A DNA stretch of 64,000 bases from Macrostomum lignano (lineage: Eukaryota): assembly GCA_002269645.1 (NCBI GenBank), contig NIVC01000598.1, positions 186,001-250,000 of the forward strand, read 5' to 3'. The notes under the pieces are model-generated. The model was not told where the DNA came from and ran no database searches. It saw only the letters and a list, made by a program, of their open reading frames with translations. The position numbers and the translations under genes were made by a program. This document shows positions 41,706 through 53,567 of this stretch, piece by piece. How positions within the stretch are numbered: position 1 is the first letter of the stretch; each line of letters starts with the position of its first letter.

Positions 41706-44508
41706 TCATCGCACCTGAGGGAACACGTAGGCGCACATGAGGCGGAAGGCGCGCCGGTGCTTGCGGCAGAAATTGGCAAATTCGTGGAAGTAGATCAGCT
41801 TGCTTTTGTCCTGCGCGGGAAATTGCAGAATTTAACGAATGTGTCTTGATATTTTCTCGTTTTACTGTTGCTCCCATGAGACCTTGAAGCTTTCGGACCG
41901 CTTCTTCCACTTCTTCCGCTTCCCATAGTCTGTTTCCGCTTCCCATAGTCTGTTTCCGCTTCCCATTGTCTGTTTCCGCTTCCCATTGTCTGTTTCCGCT
42001 TCCCATTGTCTGTTTCCGCTTCCCATTTGCCTGTTTCCGCTTCCCATTTGCCTGTTTCCGCTTCCCATTTGCCTGTTTCCGCTTCCCATTTGCCTGTTTC
42101 CGCTTCCCATTGTCTGTTTCTACTTCCCGTTGTCTATTTACATTTCCCAATGACCGCTCACCTCGTCAGCCCTGGCAAAGAAGTTCTGCATAGTGGTCTC
42201 GTCGTCTACAAAGTTAGCGAGGAACCGGCAGAACTCGTCTTCTGAGATCGTGCCGCTCTGGTCCTCGTCCATCACCGAGAACAGAACTGGAAAAAATTTG
42301 GCAGTTTGTGGACTCATCATCCTTTGCTTGCTACTGACAGTAGCTAGTTGAAGATTTTTTTGCAAGCAAAGATATTTTCGTTTAATGAGCAATTGTGCAT
42401 ACTCGGTGATCTTAATTAATAATTTCACTTGTCCAGCACGACAGTGCGACAGTAATAGAAAATATAATATTTTGCTCAGGACATTACTGACTGGCCCACC
42501 ACCTCAATTCCAAAGACACGCACTTCCTCAACCTCGGCCACAAGCAGCAACTTTCTCTCTTGAGACATCTACCTACTTCACTCCCTGCTGCACCCACCTC
42601 ACTCCCTGTCGCACCCACCCCACTCCCTGCCGCACCCACCCCACTCCCTGCCGCACCCACCTCACTCCTTGTCGCACCCACCCACTCCATTCCGCACCCA
42701 CCCCACTCCCTGCCGCACCCACCATACTCCCTGCTGCACCCACCACACTCCCTGTCGCACCCACCATACTCCCTGCTGCACCCACCACACTCCCTGTCGC
42801 ACCCACCCCACTCCCTGCCGCACCCACCCCACTCCCTGCCGCACCCACCCCACTCCCTGCCGCACCCACCCCACTCCCTGCCGCACCCACCCCACTCCCT
42901 GCCGCACCCACCCCACTCCCTGCCGCACCCACCCCACTCCCTGCCGCACCCACCCCACTCCCTGCCGCACCCACCCCACTCCCTGCCGCACCCACCCCAC
43001 TCCCTACCGCACCCACCCCGCTTACCACGCAACCTCTCGGGGTCCGGCCCGCTGCCTGCCGACTGGCTGAGCTGGCAGAGACGCACATAGCCGGCTAGCG
43101 TGAGCCGCTCCGAGTCGGCGAGGGCCCGGAAGACGGCCAGTTGATCCGACACGTCATGCTCAAATCGCGATCCCGAGTAGAGAGCACGGAAATCCTGCGT
43201 TACAACATTATGCATGCTATTGATGCTGTAAGCTTCCACCGTAACTCCACTCTCCACATCTCAATCTTACTGTAAGATTTAAGCACAGTACTAGAATATT
43301 TTAGCAACTAAATGAGCTGTGGACATAGCTACTTCTATAGTGTTTTTACTTTAGCAACTTTCTTTTCCCTCTCTCTCCGCCTGCCTCTCTCTCTCCAACG
43401 GCCTCTCCGCCTGCCTCTCTCTCTCTCCAACGGCCTCTCCGCATGCCCCTCTCTCTCTCCAACGGCCTCTCCGCCTGCCTCTCTCTCCGCCTGCCTCTCT
43501 CTCCGCCTGCCTCTCTCTCCGCCTGCCTCTCTCTCCGCCTGCCTCTCTCCGCCTGCCTCTCTCTCCGCCGGCCTCTCTCTCCGCCTGCCTCTCTCTCCGC
43601 CTGCCACTCTCTCCGCCTGCCTCTCTCTCCGCCGGCCTCGCTCTCCGCCTGCCTCTCTCTCCGCCTGCCTCTCTCTCCGCCGGCCTCTCTCTCCGCCTGC
43701 CTCTCTCTCCGCCGGCCTCTCTCTCCGCCTGCCTTTCTCTCCGCCGGCCTCTCTCTCCGCCGGCCTCTCTCTCCGCCTGCCTCTCTCTCCGCCTGCCTCT
43801 CTCTCCGCCTGCCTCTCTCCGCCTGCCTCTCTCTCCGCCGGCCTCTCTCTCCGCCTGCCTCTCTCTCCGCCTGCCTCTCTCTCCGCCTGCCACTCTCTCC
43901 GCCGGCCTCGCTCTCCGCCGGCCTCTCTCTCCGCCTGCCTCTCTCTCCGCCGGCCTCGCTCTCCGCCTGCCTCTCTCTCCGCCTGCCTTTCTCTCCGCCG
44001 GCCTCTCTCTCCGCCTGCCTCTCTCTCCGCCTGCCACTCTCTCCGCCGGCCTCGCTCTCCGCCGGCCTCTCTCTCCGCCTGCCTCTCTCTCCGCCGGCCT
44101 CGCTCTCCGCCTGCCTCTCTCTCCGCCTGCCTTTCTCTCCGCCGGCCTCTCTCTCCGCCTGCCTCTCTCTCCGCCTGCCTCTCTCTCCGCCTGCCTCTCT
44201 CCGCCTGCCTCTCTCTCCGCCTGCCTCTCTCTCCCATTCATTCCCTCCCCCGTTTCTCACTCACGCCCTCTCACCTCAAAATCAAGATAGTTTTTCTTCC
44301 CCGCTCGAGCCCTGAAATCTCGGTAGACTTCGTCCAGCTGCTCGTCCGTCACTGCGGGAGGTTCAACGCGTGGGTGGACAACGAGTTCAGCATACGAGTT
44401 AGATAGGCCTAGAATTGCAGCCATGACAGAATCGTGACACTTACGGCTGTAGACCTCCATGAGGAAGCGGCTCTCCTTGCTGCTCAGCTTGCTTGACGAC
44501 TTCCCCAT
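41706..44508 (-). CDS. N-myristoylated EF-hand protein, neuronal calcium sensor (NCS/recoverin)-like or calcineurin-B-like, 179 aa. Exons 44508-44445, 44351-44275, 43194-43026, 42286-42162, 41810-41706
   Basis: The spliced product starts MGKSSSKLSSKESRFLMEVYSLTDEQLDEVYRDF, resembling NCS-1 MGKSNSKL...FTEKEVQQWYKGF. It has a canonical EF loop DEDQSGTISEDE and a second loop DEDKSKLIYFHE formed across the last intron. All four introns are GT-AG and phase-compatible. Confidence 0.85.
41895..42145. repeat. 21-bp minisatellite TGTTTCCGCTTCCCAT(T)... in the last intron of the EF-hand gene
   Basis: 7-aa ORF periodicity. Confidence 0.92.
42578..43020. repeat. 21-bp minisatellite CACCCACCCCACTCCCTGCCG in an EF-hand gene intron
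   Basis: 7-aa ORF periodicity. Confidence 0.94.
43368..44235. repeat. 16-bp minisatellite CTCTCTCTCCGCC(T/G)GC in an EF-hand gene intron
   Basis: Direct inspection. Confidence 0.94.
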
Positions 44509-44986
44509 TCTGTTTCTAGAAAACTGCTTGTTTCTGCTGCTGCAAAATCTGCCTCACTTGATTGCCTCAAACTCACACTAGGGAGCTTTTTCTAAGCGGA
44601 CAGTCTCTTGTATTTATACGCTGACCCTTGGAGATGCGGTCAGACCTGTCATAAACACCGTGCTTCAAACTCATTAGCAAAAAATAAGGACAGAGACAGA
44701 GAGAGAAGAAAAACACAAGAGCAGATTAGACAGCTAGTAAACAATGACCATCGTAAACACTGCGGCCTGTTGGCGCAAAAATAAAAAAACTGGGTTAAAA
44801 AACAGCTCAGGGTGGGGCCTGACAGCTCAGAGTCTGTTTACCACACTGGGCCAGGTGCGATTCACAGAGCTGGGACTGCCAGATTGAGCAGCTTCTCAAT
44901 TGCTCAGCTGCGGAGGCGGCCGGCTTTGGCTGCAAACAGCAGCAAATGAACTGACCTGAGAGGAGCTGGGAGGGGGGCAGCGACAC

Positions 44987-45569
<583 letters not shown>

Positions 45570-46177
45570 ATCAGGGCTCAGTACATGATTTTTTCCGATT
45601 CCCAAGATGTAGATTCTGAAACCAGCCCGCAGTGTTTCTTATGCAGGAATAAGTAGTCATCTGAGCCGGAAATTATTTAAACAGGGCACGTCTGGTAGTT
45701 TCTTGATAATCGCCGAGTTCAGGCTGCAGTCACTGAATCAATTAAATATTTTTCGCTTTTATTGATTTAAATCTTGCTTTTTCTTGCCGGTTGCCAAGGG
45801 CAAAAGCTGCTTAATGATAGTTAGCAGGATTCTCAATAAGGAAACGATTCCTAAGAAAACGGCCGGCAAGGAGCGCGGAGGAAAAAGTAGAATGACTCAA
45901 ATTCATAAATATGTTTGAATAGAAGTCTAGAATGCCAGCCCTTCGAGCAGGCGGGGCTGCATGCAAATAATTATAAGGAACAGCTTTTAGAGAAATACTC
46001 GGAAACTTTTCCAAACTCAGCGTGGGTATCAAGAGCAGATTTACTGCACTTCCATAAACAGCATATAAACCAAAGTAACGGTTCCGTTTGTCATCGTCCA
46101 GATTATCGATTAGAACTGACGATTTGAAACTTTCATCAGTCAGCTGAGTCCGACTCCGTCTGCACACGGAGACTCAG

Positions 46178-47387
46178 CTAGTGCTGCGGCCGCGGTCTCC
46201 GGCGCACCAGCCTGACAGTCCGCGCACGAAGCCGGGACAGGCGGCGCCGCAGGCTGCGCCTGAAGCGGCCGTCGGCCAGGCAGTAGAGGAAGAAGTTGGC
46301 CGAGTGGTTGGCGTACATCAGCAGCTCCGTGCACGCCTGCGCCAGGTGGTAGTTGGCGTAGAAGTGCGGGTCGTTGTTCCTGTCAGCGCTGACAATGAAT
46401 GTCAGGGAGGTCAGCACCTTCAGCACGGTGATTGGCAGCGAGGTGACGACGAAGAAGCAGGACACGAGCAGCAGCACCAGCGTCACCTGCCCGACGCTGC
46501 GGTTCAGCGCCTGCAGCAGCAGCGCGTCTGCCGAGTTGGGCGCCGCCACGGTCATCGCCGCTGAGCCGGGCGTCGCTGCGGCCAGTCGGCACCGGACGGC
46601 GAAGCTCGAGGAGGCGTCGCTGGCCAGACGGAGGGTCCGCAGCTCCTGACTGTTTGGGTCGCCGCCGCCACTGCCGCCAAAGCCACGCCGAATGCGGGCC
46701 GCGGAGTTGCCGCGACGCGCGGCGCGCAGCTTCCTAACGATGAAGACGTTGCAGCAGAGGATGACGGCGGTGGGGATCAGGGAGTACAGGGAGCAGTCAA
46801 GCCAGGCCAGTGGCAGCTTCAGCGCCCGCAGCAGCTCCGGCCGGATGTCGCAGATCAAGTAGCTGTCGTTGCTGGGGCCCGAGGCCGAAGCGGTGGCGTT
46901 CCAGTCAAACCTGTAGACGTCGAGCAGGAAGAACCAGGGCGCGTTGATCAGCGCGCAGGCGCCAGCCAGCCCGGCCACGATGCGGCGGGCGCGGCTGACG
47001 GCGGTGCGGACGGACGGCCGCCGGTGGCGCAGCACGGAGACCCGCTCGATGGTGACGGCGGCAGTCAGCGCTACGCTGGTGTGCGTGGAGGCGGAGGAGA
47101 GGAAGTTCAGGCAGAGGCAGGAGCCGGTGCTCCAAGCCGATGAGGGAGGACAGCCAGGAGCGCAGCAGTCCGGACAGCAGCGCCAGCTGGTCGGCGGCGG
47201 CGAGGGCCAGCAGGTAATTGTGGGTGCCGCTGCGGCGGCTGCGACTGCGCAGCAGCCAGGCTGACAGGCAGTTGCCGACGCTGCCCAGCAGCAGCAGGGC
47301 GGGGCTGCCGAGCCACTGCAGCCACTTGAAGGCGCGATAGACGGCCAGCTGGTTGTAGATGGGCAGCTCAAAGCTTGCGAGAGACAT
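46178..47387 (-). pseudogene. Intronless class A (rhodopsin-like) peptide GPCR, FMRFamide/sex-peptide-receptor-like group, with a frameshift near 47110-47150 (pseudogene or assembly indel)
   Basis: Frame A (from ATG 47387) encodes TM1 LLLLGSVGNCLS and TM2 NYLLALAAADQLALL. Frame B encodes TM3 ...AAVTIERV, TM5 LYSLIPTAVILCCNVFI, TM6 LLLVSCFFVVTSLP and TM7 LLMYANHSANFFLYCL..RFRRSL. No intron separates the two frames. GPCR identity is high-confidence; pseudogene status is not. Confidence 0.6.
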
Positions 47388-49395
47388 GCTTGGCTGGCGG
47401 GCGGGGGTCGAGTTGCCGAGTTGCTAGGGCGATTCGGAAGCAGCTCGGGCCAAGCGAATTTGTGCGGATACGCGGCGGGAAGATAATTAGCTCGCACTCT
47501 GCAGAACCAATTAAGTCTCGCGGTGCAGATCCCTGATCCCCAGTGGCGTGTCCGGGGCGGATTCAAGCGGATGCCCCCCCTCCGTCTCCCTATAGCCGCT
47601 GACTCGCCTTCTCTTCCTTACGGATAAAGGGAAGCAGATTGGGGGGGGGGCAGAAGTGCGGCAGCCGGGATCTGCTTCCCTTGCTTGAGCTCAGCCCCTG
47701 TCTCTGGGAAAAAATTCTTTCCTTATCGAAAAAAATCTCAAGAAACCCCGGACGGCCTCATCAGCCGACAGGATTATGCCGGGGGCTAAACAAGAGCTCA
47801 GCTGGCCTCCCCAAACAGTTTCAATCATTTTTCATTTCACTACTCGGTTTCATAAATATAAATTTTTCATTGCCATTTCTGTCTTACAGTCACGCTGAAT
47901 TTGCACAGCGTGCGGCCTTCAGCATCGGGCTTGACGAGCATCCCAGTTGAGCTGCCGTTTGACAGGAGAGGCTCAGGAATCCCCCCTGAGCCTCTGACCT
48001 GCCAGCTCACTCGCGTTTCACCGATTTGCCCATATTTGGTTAATAAGCCGCCTGTTGGCGGGTCAGCTTTAATCCTCTAATCTCCTGATTCAGCAGGAAG
48101 AGCCGGCAGCCCAGGCTGATTAACTGCTCCAAACTGCTCCGACATGTCCCGGCTGTGCAACTCAATTTGCTGAATCAGGTAACAGGGGCGAATTGCCGCG
48201 GTGAGCCGCCCCCGAGGTCAACTGCAGATCTCTGGGAACTTTTCAATAACTCATTTGAATGCTCTGAAGAGTGTTAATTGATTTGGCTCGACTTAAAATT
48301 AATGGCGCTCAAGCTCAACTGATACAGAAAGACCTTCCACTCGCTTTTTTAAAAATGAGTACATTTGTCGCATCAACAAATACAAGTGCATTCAGTCTGC
48401 TCTTGAGAAATCTGATTTTTCTCAACCGGATTTGTCTATCCGGTTCGCGCTGACTCCTGTCTAAGACTCCTGTCTCCTGGCAAAGAAATTTTCTTTGCTT
48501 TGCTCTTATGATCAATGCTTTATTCCACTTTTTCATTCTTATGAAAGTATAGATTAAATATGATTTAGGAATGGGAATATGCCGACAAACTATTTCTTTA
48601 TGATAGTTATAGTTTTGCTTCTTTCCTACGAAAATATGAATGAATAATGCTTTATGCTAAAATGAAGAATCTTTCAAATAAAAAGTTATTCTACTTCACC
48701 AGGTAAATAATTCATGACTAGCTCTAATATTTTGCATTGTACTTGCGAGCCTGTAGCATGCAGCGGGCAGTGAATGTACACTCGATACTTCAATGCTTTA
48801 AAGCGGGAATTTTTCAATCGCTGACTGTTCCTCGAGTTTTAAACTTCGAGACGAGAGACTTATATTGCTGGAAAGATCATGCAACGCTGAGCTCGGTGAT
48901 ACAAGATGTTTGCTTTAAATATGAAAACAGGCTTACTATGAAATGCGTGATTGCGTAATGAATTCGATTGAGAGATGGGTTGAGCATAAAAGCATAGCTC
49001 AGCGGCATAAAGTGTCTGGTGTAATTCATTTTCTTGATAGGAAAGATTTCTATTCCATTCCTAGTCGTACTCATAGGGTTGCAGTAATGATAACGAATTT
49101 CATTTTCCGACTGAATGAGGCATGGCTAGCAAATCAACTACTCGTCTAGCAAAGTTGTTTATTTCAGTGCAATGCTGCGCTGGTTTCAGCAGCACGAGTA
49201 TCTGTACAGATAAGCCAGCAGAAGTGTACATTTCCTGCAGCGTACTTTCTAAACAAAAACCGCACTTGCCCTCCACCCCCAGCCCTAAACCTCTACCCCT
49301 CGTACGGGCTGTATTCCACGCGCAAGTCATACAAAATCAGAGCACTCTACTGCCCGCCTGCTATTTCTCGGAAAGCTTTCTATACAGCAGAGAGA

Positions 49396-50988
49396 ATGGC
49401 GGGCGAAGCCGTGGAGGAAGACGAAGTTCCCAGCATCGTGCTGGACAGCGGCTCAAGCAGGCTGCGCGCCGGCTTCGCTGGCGACGACTCTCCGTGCCTG
49501 ACGATGCCGGCAGTGATTGGCCGGCGCGGCTCGCCGCATCAGCGGCCGGAGGTCCTCGTAGGCGACGACGCCCTGAGCACCGGGCCGGTGCCGCAGCTCG
49601 GCCTCACCCAGCCGGTGCAGCGCGGCGTTCTGGTTGACTTCGACGACGCCGAGCTGCTGTGGCGGCACGCCATCGAGGCCGGCCTGCGGGCCGATCCGGA
49701 GCAGCACCCCCTGCTGCTGGCCGAGCCGCCGCTCAATCCGAAGTGCAGCCGCGAGGCCGCGGTGCAGCTGCTGTTCGAGAGCCTGGGCGCTCCGGCCGTC
49801 TACCTGGCCAACGCCTCATCGCTGGCCATGTACGCCAGCGGCCGCGGCAGCGCGGTCATGCTGAGCTGCGGCGACGGAGTCAGCCACGCGGAGGTAGAGA
49901 GGGGCGGCGGCAGCGCGCTGTTGCAGTTTAGCTGGCAAAGCCTCTGGCTGACCCCCCGTAGCCTCTGGCTGACCCCCCAAGCCTCTGGCTGACCCCCCGT
50001 AGTCTCTGGCTGACCCCCCGTAGCCTCTGGCTGACCCCCCATAGCCTCTGGCTGACCCCCGTAGCCTCTGGCTGACCCCCATAGCCTCTGGCTGACCCCC
50101 CATAGCCTCTGGCTGACCCCTCGTAGCCTCTGGCTGACCCCCCGTAGCCTCTGGCTGACCCCCCATAGCCTCTGGCTGACCCCCGTAGCCTCTGGCTGAC
50201 CCCTGTAGCCTCTGGCTGACCCCCCCGTAGCCTCTGGCTGACCCCCATAGCCTCTGGCTGAGCCCCCATAGCCTCTGGCTGACCCCCCATAGCCTCTGGC
50301 TGACCCCTGTAGCCTCTGGCTGACCCCTGTAGCCTCTGGCTGACCCCCGTCCTTGCAGGTGATATACGAGGGCTATGTAGTGGCCTGCAGCACCAGGCGG
50401 GTGGACTGCGCCGGTGGTGACGTCACCGACGCTGTCCGGGACGTCCTGCGCCGGCGCGGCTGCTGCCTTGAGACGCCGCTGGAGCGCCAGCTGGCCGCCG
50501 ACTTCAAAGAGCGGCTCTTCCGGGTGAGCCGCCGCGCCGCGGATTTCGACTCGCCAGACGGAGGCGATGACGCGGTGGAGGAGTTCGAGCTGCCCGACGG
50601 CCGCGGTCTGGTCGGGCTGAGCCGGCGGGACCGCGCCGAGCCGTGGGAGCTGCTGCTCGGCCGGAGCAACCCGGCTCGCCTGCAGCGCCTGGTGGCCGAG
50701 GCCCTCAGCTCCGCGGACATCGACACCAGGGCGGACCTGTGGCGCAACGTGATTGTGTCCGGCGGCTCCACCATGGCTGACGGCTTCGTGGAGCGGCTGA
50801 CGGCGGAGCTGACGGAGCTGGCGCCGCCCGGCCGCCACCCGGTGAAGCTGGTGGCGCCGGCCGAGCGGGATTTCGCAACCTGGATTGGCGGCTCCATCCT
50901 GGCCTCGCTGTCCACCTTCCAGGAGCGCTGGGTCAGCCGCCGGCAGTACGAGGAGTTCGGCCCGAGAGTGGTGCACATGATGAGCTAG
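49396..50988 (+). CDS. Divergent actin-like / actin-related protein, 375 aa. Exons 49396-49893, 50359-50988
   Basis: Actin-fold motifs IVLDSGS..RAGFAG, LLLAEPPLNPK.SRE, LFESLGAPAVY, YASGR, GDGVSH|VIYEGY, ELPDG, VSGGSTM, APAERDFATWIGGSILASLSTFQERWVSRRQYEEFGP. The single phase-0 intron runs gtagag...ttgcag. Confidence 0.95.
49940..50350. repeat. 21-23-bp minisatellite TAGCCTCTGGCTGACCCCC(C)(G/A) filling the actin-like gene intron
   Basis: Ends ~8 nt before the acceptor AG at 50357-50358. Confidence 0.95.
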
Positions 50989-51367
50989 TAACCATAAGAC
51001 TCTACTGCAAACTATTTCTAATGCTCATCCGACAGTGCTCAAAAAGCGCGCGCCCAGGTGCGAATGTACAGAAAAGTGCAGTACACTCAAACTAGCAGAG
51101 TACATGCGGTAGTCCGCGCTCACTTGAGCACCCAGTGCGCAGCTGGAGTTCAACTGCCCCCCCCCCCGCTTTCCAAGTCGTCTCTTCCCGTTCTTCTCCT
51201 CTCTCTGGCGTACAAAGCCAGTTTGAAGCGGCGGGCAGAAGAGCGGCCCGCCGCTTGTCCCCACCCCGTGCTGGGTGCTGAGTCAGACAGGGAGCTCACG
51301 AGAGCATGTAGAAAAATGCTCTTGGGGGGGGGGGGCGGCAGGCTGACCTGGCGGAGCTGCTTGTCAG

Positions 51368-52033
51368 ATGCCGTGGCCAACTATCCGACAGCTGCTCTGG
51401 AACTGCTCAGACGGCCTGGCCAGCGCCGGGCAGTCCGCCCTGACCTGCGCCTGTTTTCGCGCCGACGTGGCGCCGTCGCTGGCGAGCGCGCTGGACACCG
51501 CGCCAGACCCGGCCGGATTCCGCTGCCTTGGCGGCGGTGGCAACTCGACTGGCTGGCGGGCCGACTGCGCCTCGGTCAGCAACAGCGGCGTGCCCGGCCG
51601 CTTCCACTGCCTCTGCGCCTGCGGCAGCGGCGGTGGAAGTTACTCGACCTGCGCCGACCTGTGCAACGGCATCGGCAGCTGCTCAGCCGCGGCCGCAACG
51701 GGCGCAGGCAGCCAGCTGTGCCAGCTGTACCCGGCGGCCGTCAGCTTCACCGGACCGCTGGTTGTGGCCATCGCCGGCATTGTGCTGCTGGGCCTGACTG
51801 TTCAGCTGGCCATCCACTTCGTGCGCTGCCCGGTCCCGCTGATCCGGGCGCGGCTCCGCTCCTGCTGGTTCGCCAGCCCGCCAGGCCGCCTGATGCGGCG
51901 GCGGCAGCGGCGCGAGGCCGCCGGTGTTGGAGCGGCCGGCACCTCTGCAGCGAGCGGGCCCGATGAGCGGCGGCCGCTGGAGGAGGTGGCCGAGGCCGAG
52001 GGCCTTGAGGCGCAGGCGGACAGCTCGGTGTGA
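51368..52033 (+). CDS. Orphan Cys-rich single-pass membrane protein (221 aa)
   Basis: Coding-like GC-rich ORF with a Cys-rich N-terminal part (CLC.C..C..LC...GSC), a hydrophobic helix PLVVAIAGIVLLGLTVQLAIHFV, a basic juxtamembrane RRRQRR and an acidic tail. The ATG directly follows an AG (ttgtcag|ATG), so an upstream exon or trans-splice is possible. Confidence 0.65.
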   Translation: MPWPTIRQLLWNCSDGLASAGQSALTCACFRADVAPSLASALDTAPDPAGFRCLGGGGNSTGWRADCASVSNSGVPGRFHCLCACGSGGGSYSTCADLCNGIGSCSAAAATGAGSQLCQLYPAAVSFTGPLVVAIAGIVLLGLTVQLAIHFVRCPVPLIRARLRSCWFASPPGRLMRRRQRREAAGVGAAGTSAASGPDERRPLEEVAEAEGLEAQADSSV

Positions 52034-52389
52034 ACAGCACCCATGGGTACAGCTGCAACAGCTATGCAATAATGTCCAATAGAAACGGCTGATGCGTTTT
52101 TTAAAAATCTCAAGTAAATACAATTTTACCTTATGCATGTTGAAAAAAGGGCTTTTCTCTCGACTTGAAAGTTTTTAATTAATTAAGTATAATAACAGAG
52201 GCTGAGTGTACATGCAAATCGATAACTAGACTCAAGGTAAAAAAGCGTACATAACCACCCCAGCGCAGGAGAACTCCAAACAGCTAACACAGAACTCGCA
52301 CCGCTCCTAACACGAACGCAGAATAAAACTCTATGTTAAGTCAAACAAATAGTTCACTCCAGGCTATAAAATCAGAAGGCCTCCATATT

Positions 52390-52640
52390 ACATCTCCCTG
52401 CTGATGCTGACATCTCCTGCTGATGCTGACATCTCCCTGCTGCTGCTGACATCTCCCTGCTGCTGCTGACATCTCCCTGCTGATGCTGACATCTCCCTGC
52501 TGATGCTGACATCTCCATGCTGGTGCTGATACCTCCCTGCTGATGCTGACATCTCCATGCTGGTGCTGATACCTCCCTGCTGATGCTTGCATCTGTATGA
52601 TGATGCTGACATCTCCCTCTCGAAGCTGCCATCTTTCTGA
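52390..52640. repeat. ~20-bp repeat GCTGACATCTCCCTGCTGAT
   Basis: Direct inspection. Confidence 0.88.
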
Positions 52641-53567
52641 TGATGCTGACATCTCTAAGATAAGGCTGATAGGTCTATATGTACGAGTATGCTGATGCTG
52701 GCATCTCAAAGCTGGCATCCAACAGATGTCAATCATTCACCTGCAGCCTTCACTAAAGGCTGAAGACCGGATTTCATGTACCGCAGCAGCACTTCTACTA
52801 CTAAGTAAGTAGTCGGATGAAAGAATCGAAGCCAAATCTAAGAAAAATTACCGATCGAGCAACACACTTATCGGGCTAATAGACCAGCACAAGAATGATA
52901 AGAGTAGCAGCACGGCTTCGGGTTAAAAGTGAATGCAATTTATTTATTCAATATTCAGTCAATTTGCATCGCGCGCGTTTTGCACAAAAAACAGGCAAAC
53001 TTAAAATTGCAACTCCCAACGTCAAAGGCTATTGCGACTAGGACAGGTGATTAATAAAACTAAACAAAGATACAGTTGCATTCTCGTAATGCGGTTAATA
53101 AGAGGATAAAATAGGCTCAATATATAGTACTGATTTACACTACTATTAGTAGCAGTGTATTAAATATAGGATTAATGAAATAATTCACTGACAGGGGCAG
53201 GGGTAAGCGAAAGGGCTTAGCTGATATAGGATGGTGATGCAGCGTTAGGGAGACTGGGCATTTTTAGGAGGGGAGGCTGGAAAGGAGGGTTGCCAGAGCA
53301 AGTGCCACAGCCTATGGAATGGTGAGTCTGGCAGGACAGCGCATTAAACAGTAATCAGTAATTAACACAGGGCTAGGCAATAAAACGGTGACAAAGTAAA
53401 GACGGGCACACGATAAAATAAGGATTATAGATCAGGAGCGCAATTAAAAGTACAATGTACGAATTGGATCGGAGCAGAGCCGATGAGATTCCGGCATCAT
53501 TATGTATTATAAAATTCCTAACAAAAATGAATCATCTTTTCGATACATATCGGCAGATCTGAAGTGT

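Noticed and set aside
15723-44406. 200-440-aa Ser/Leu/Pro or Arg/Glu ORFs (15723, 20964, 26313, 29129, 37009, 43312 etc.)
   Set aside because: They lie wholly within tandem arrays, and their periodicity equals the repeat unit.
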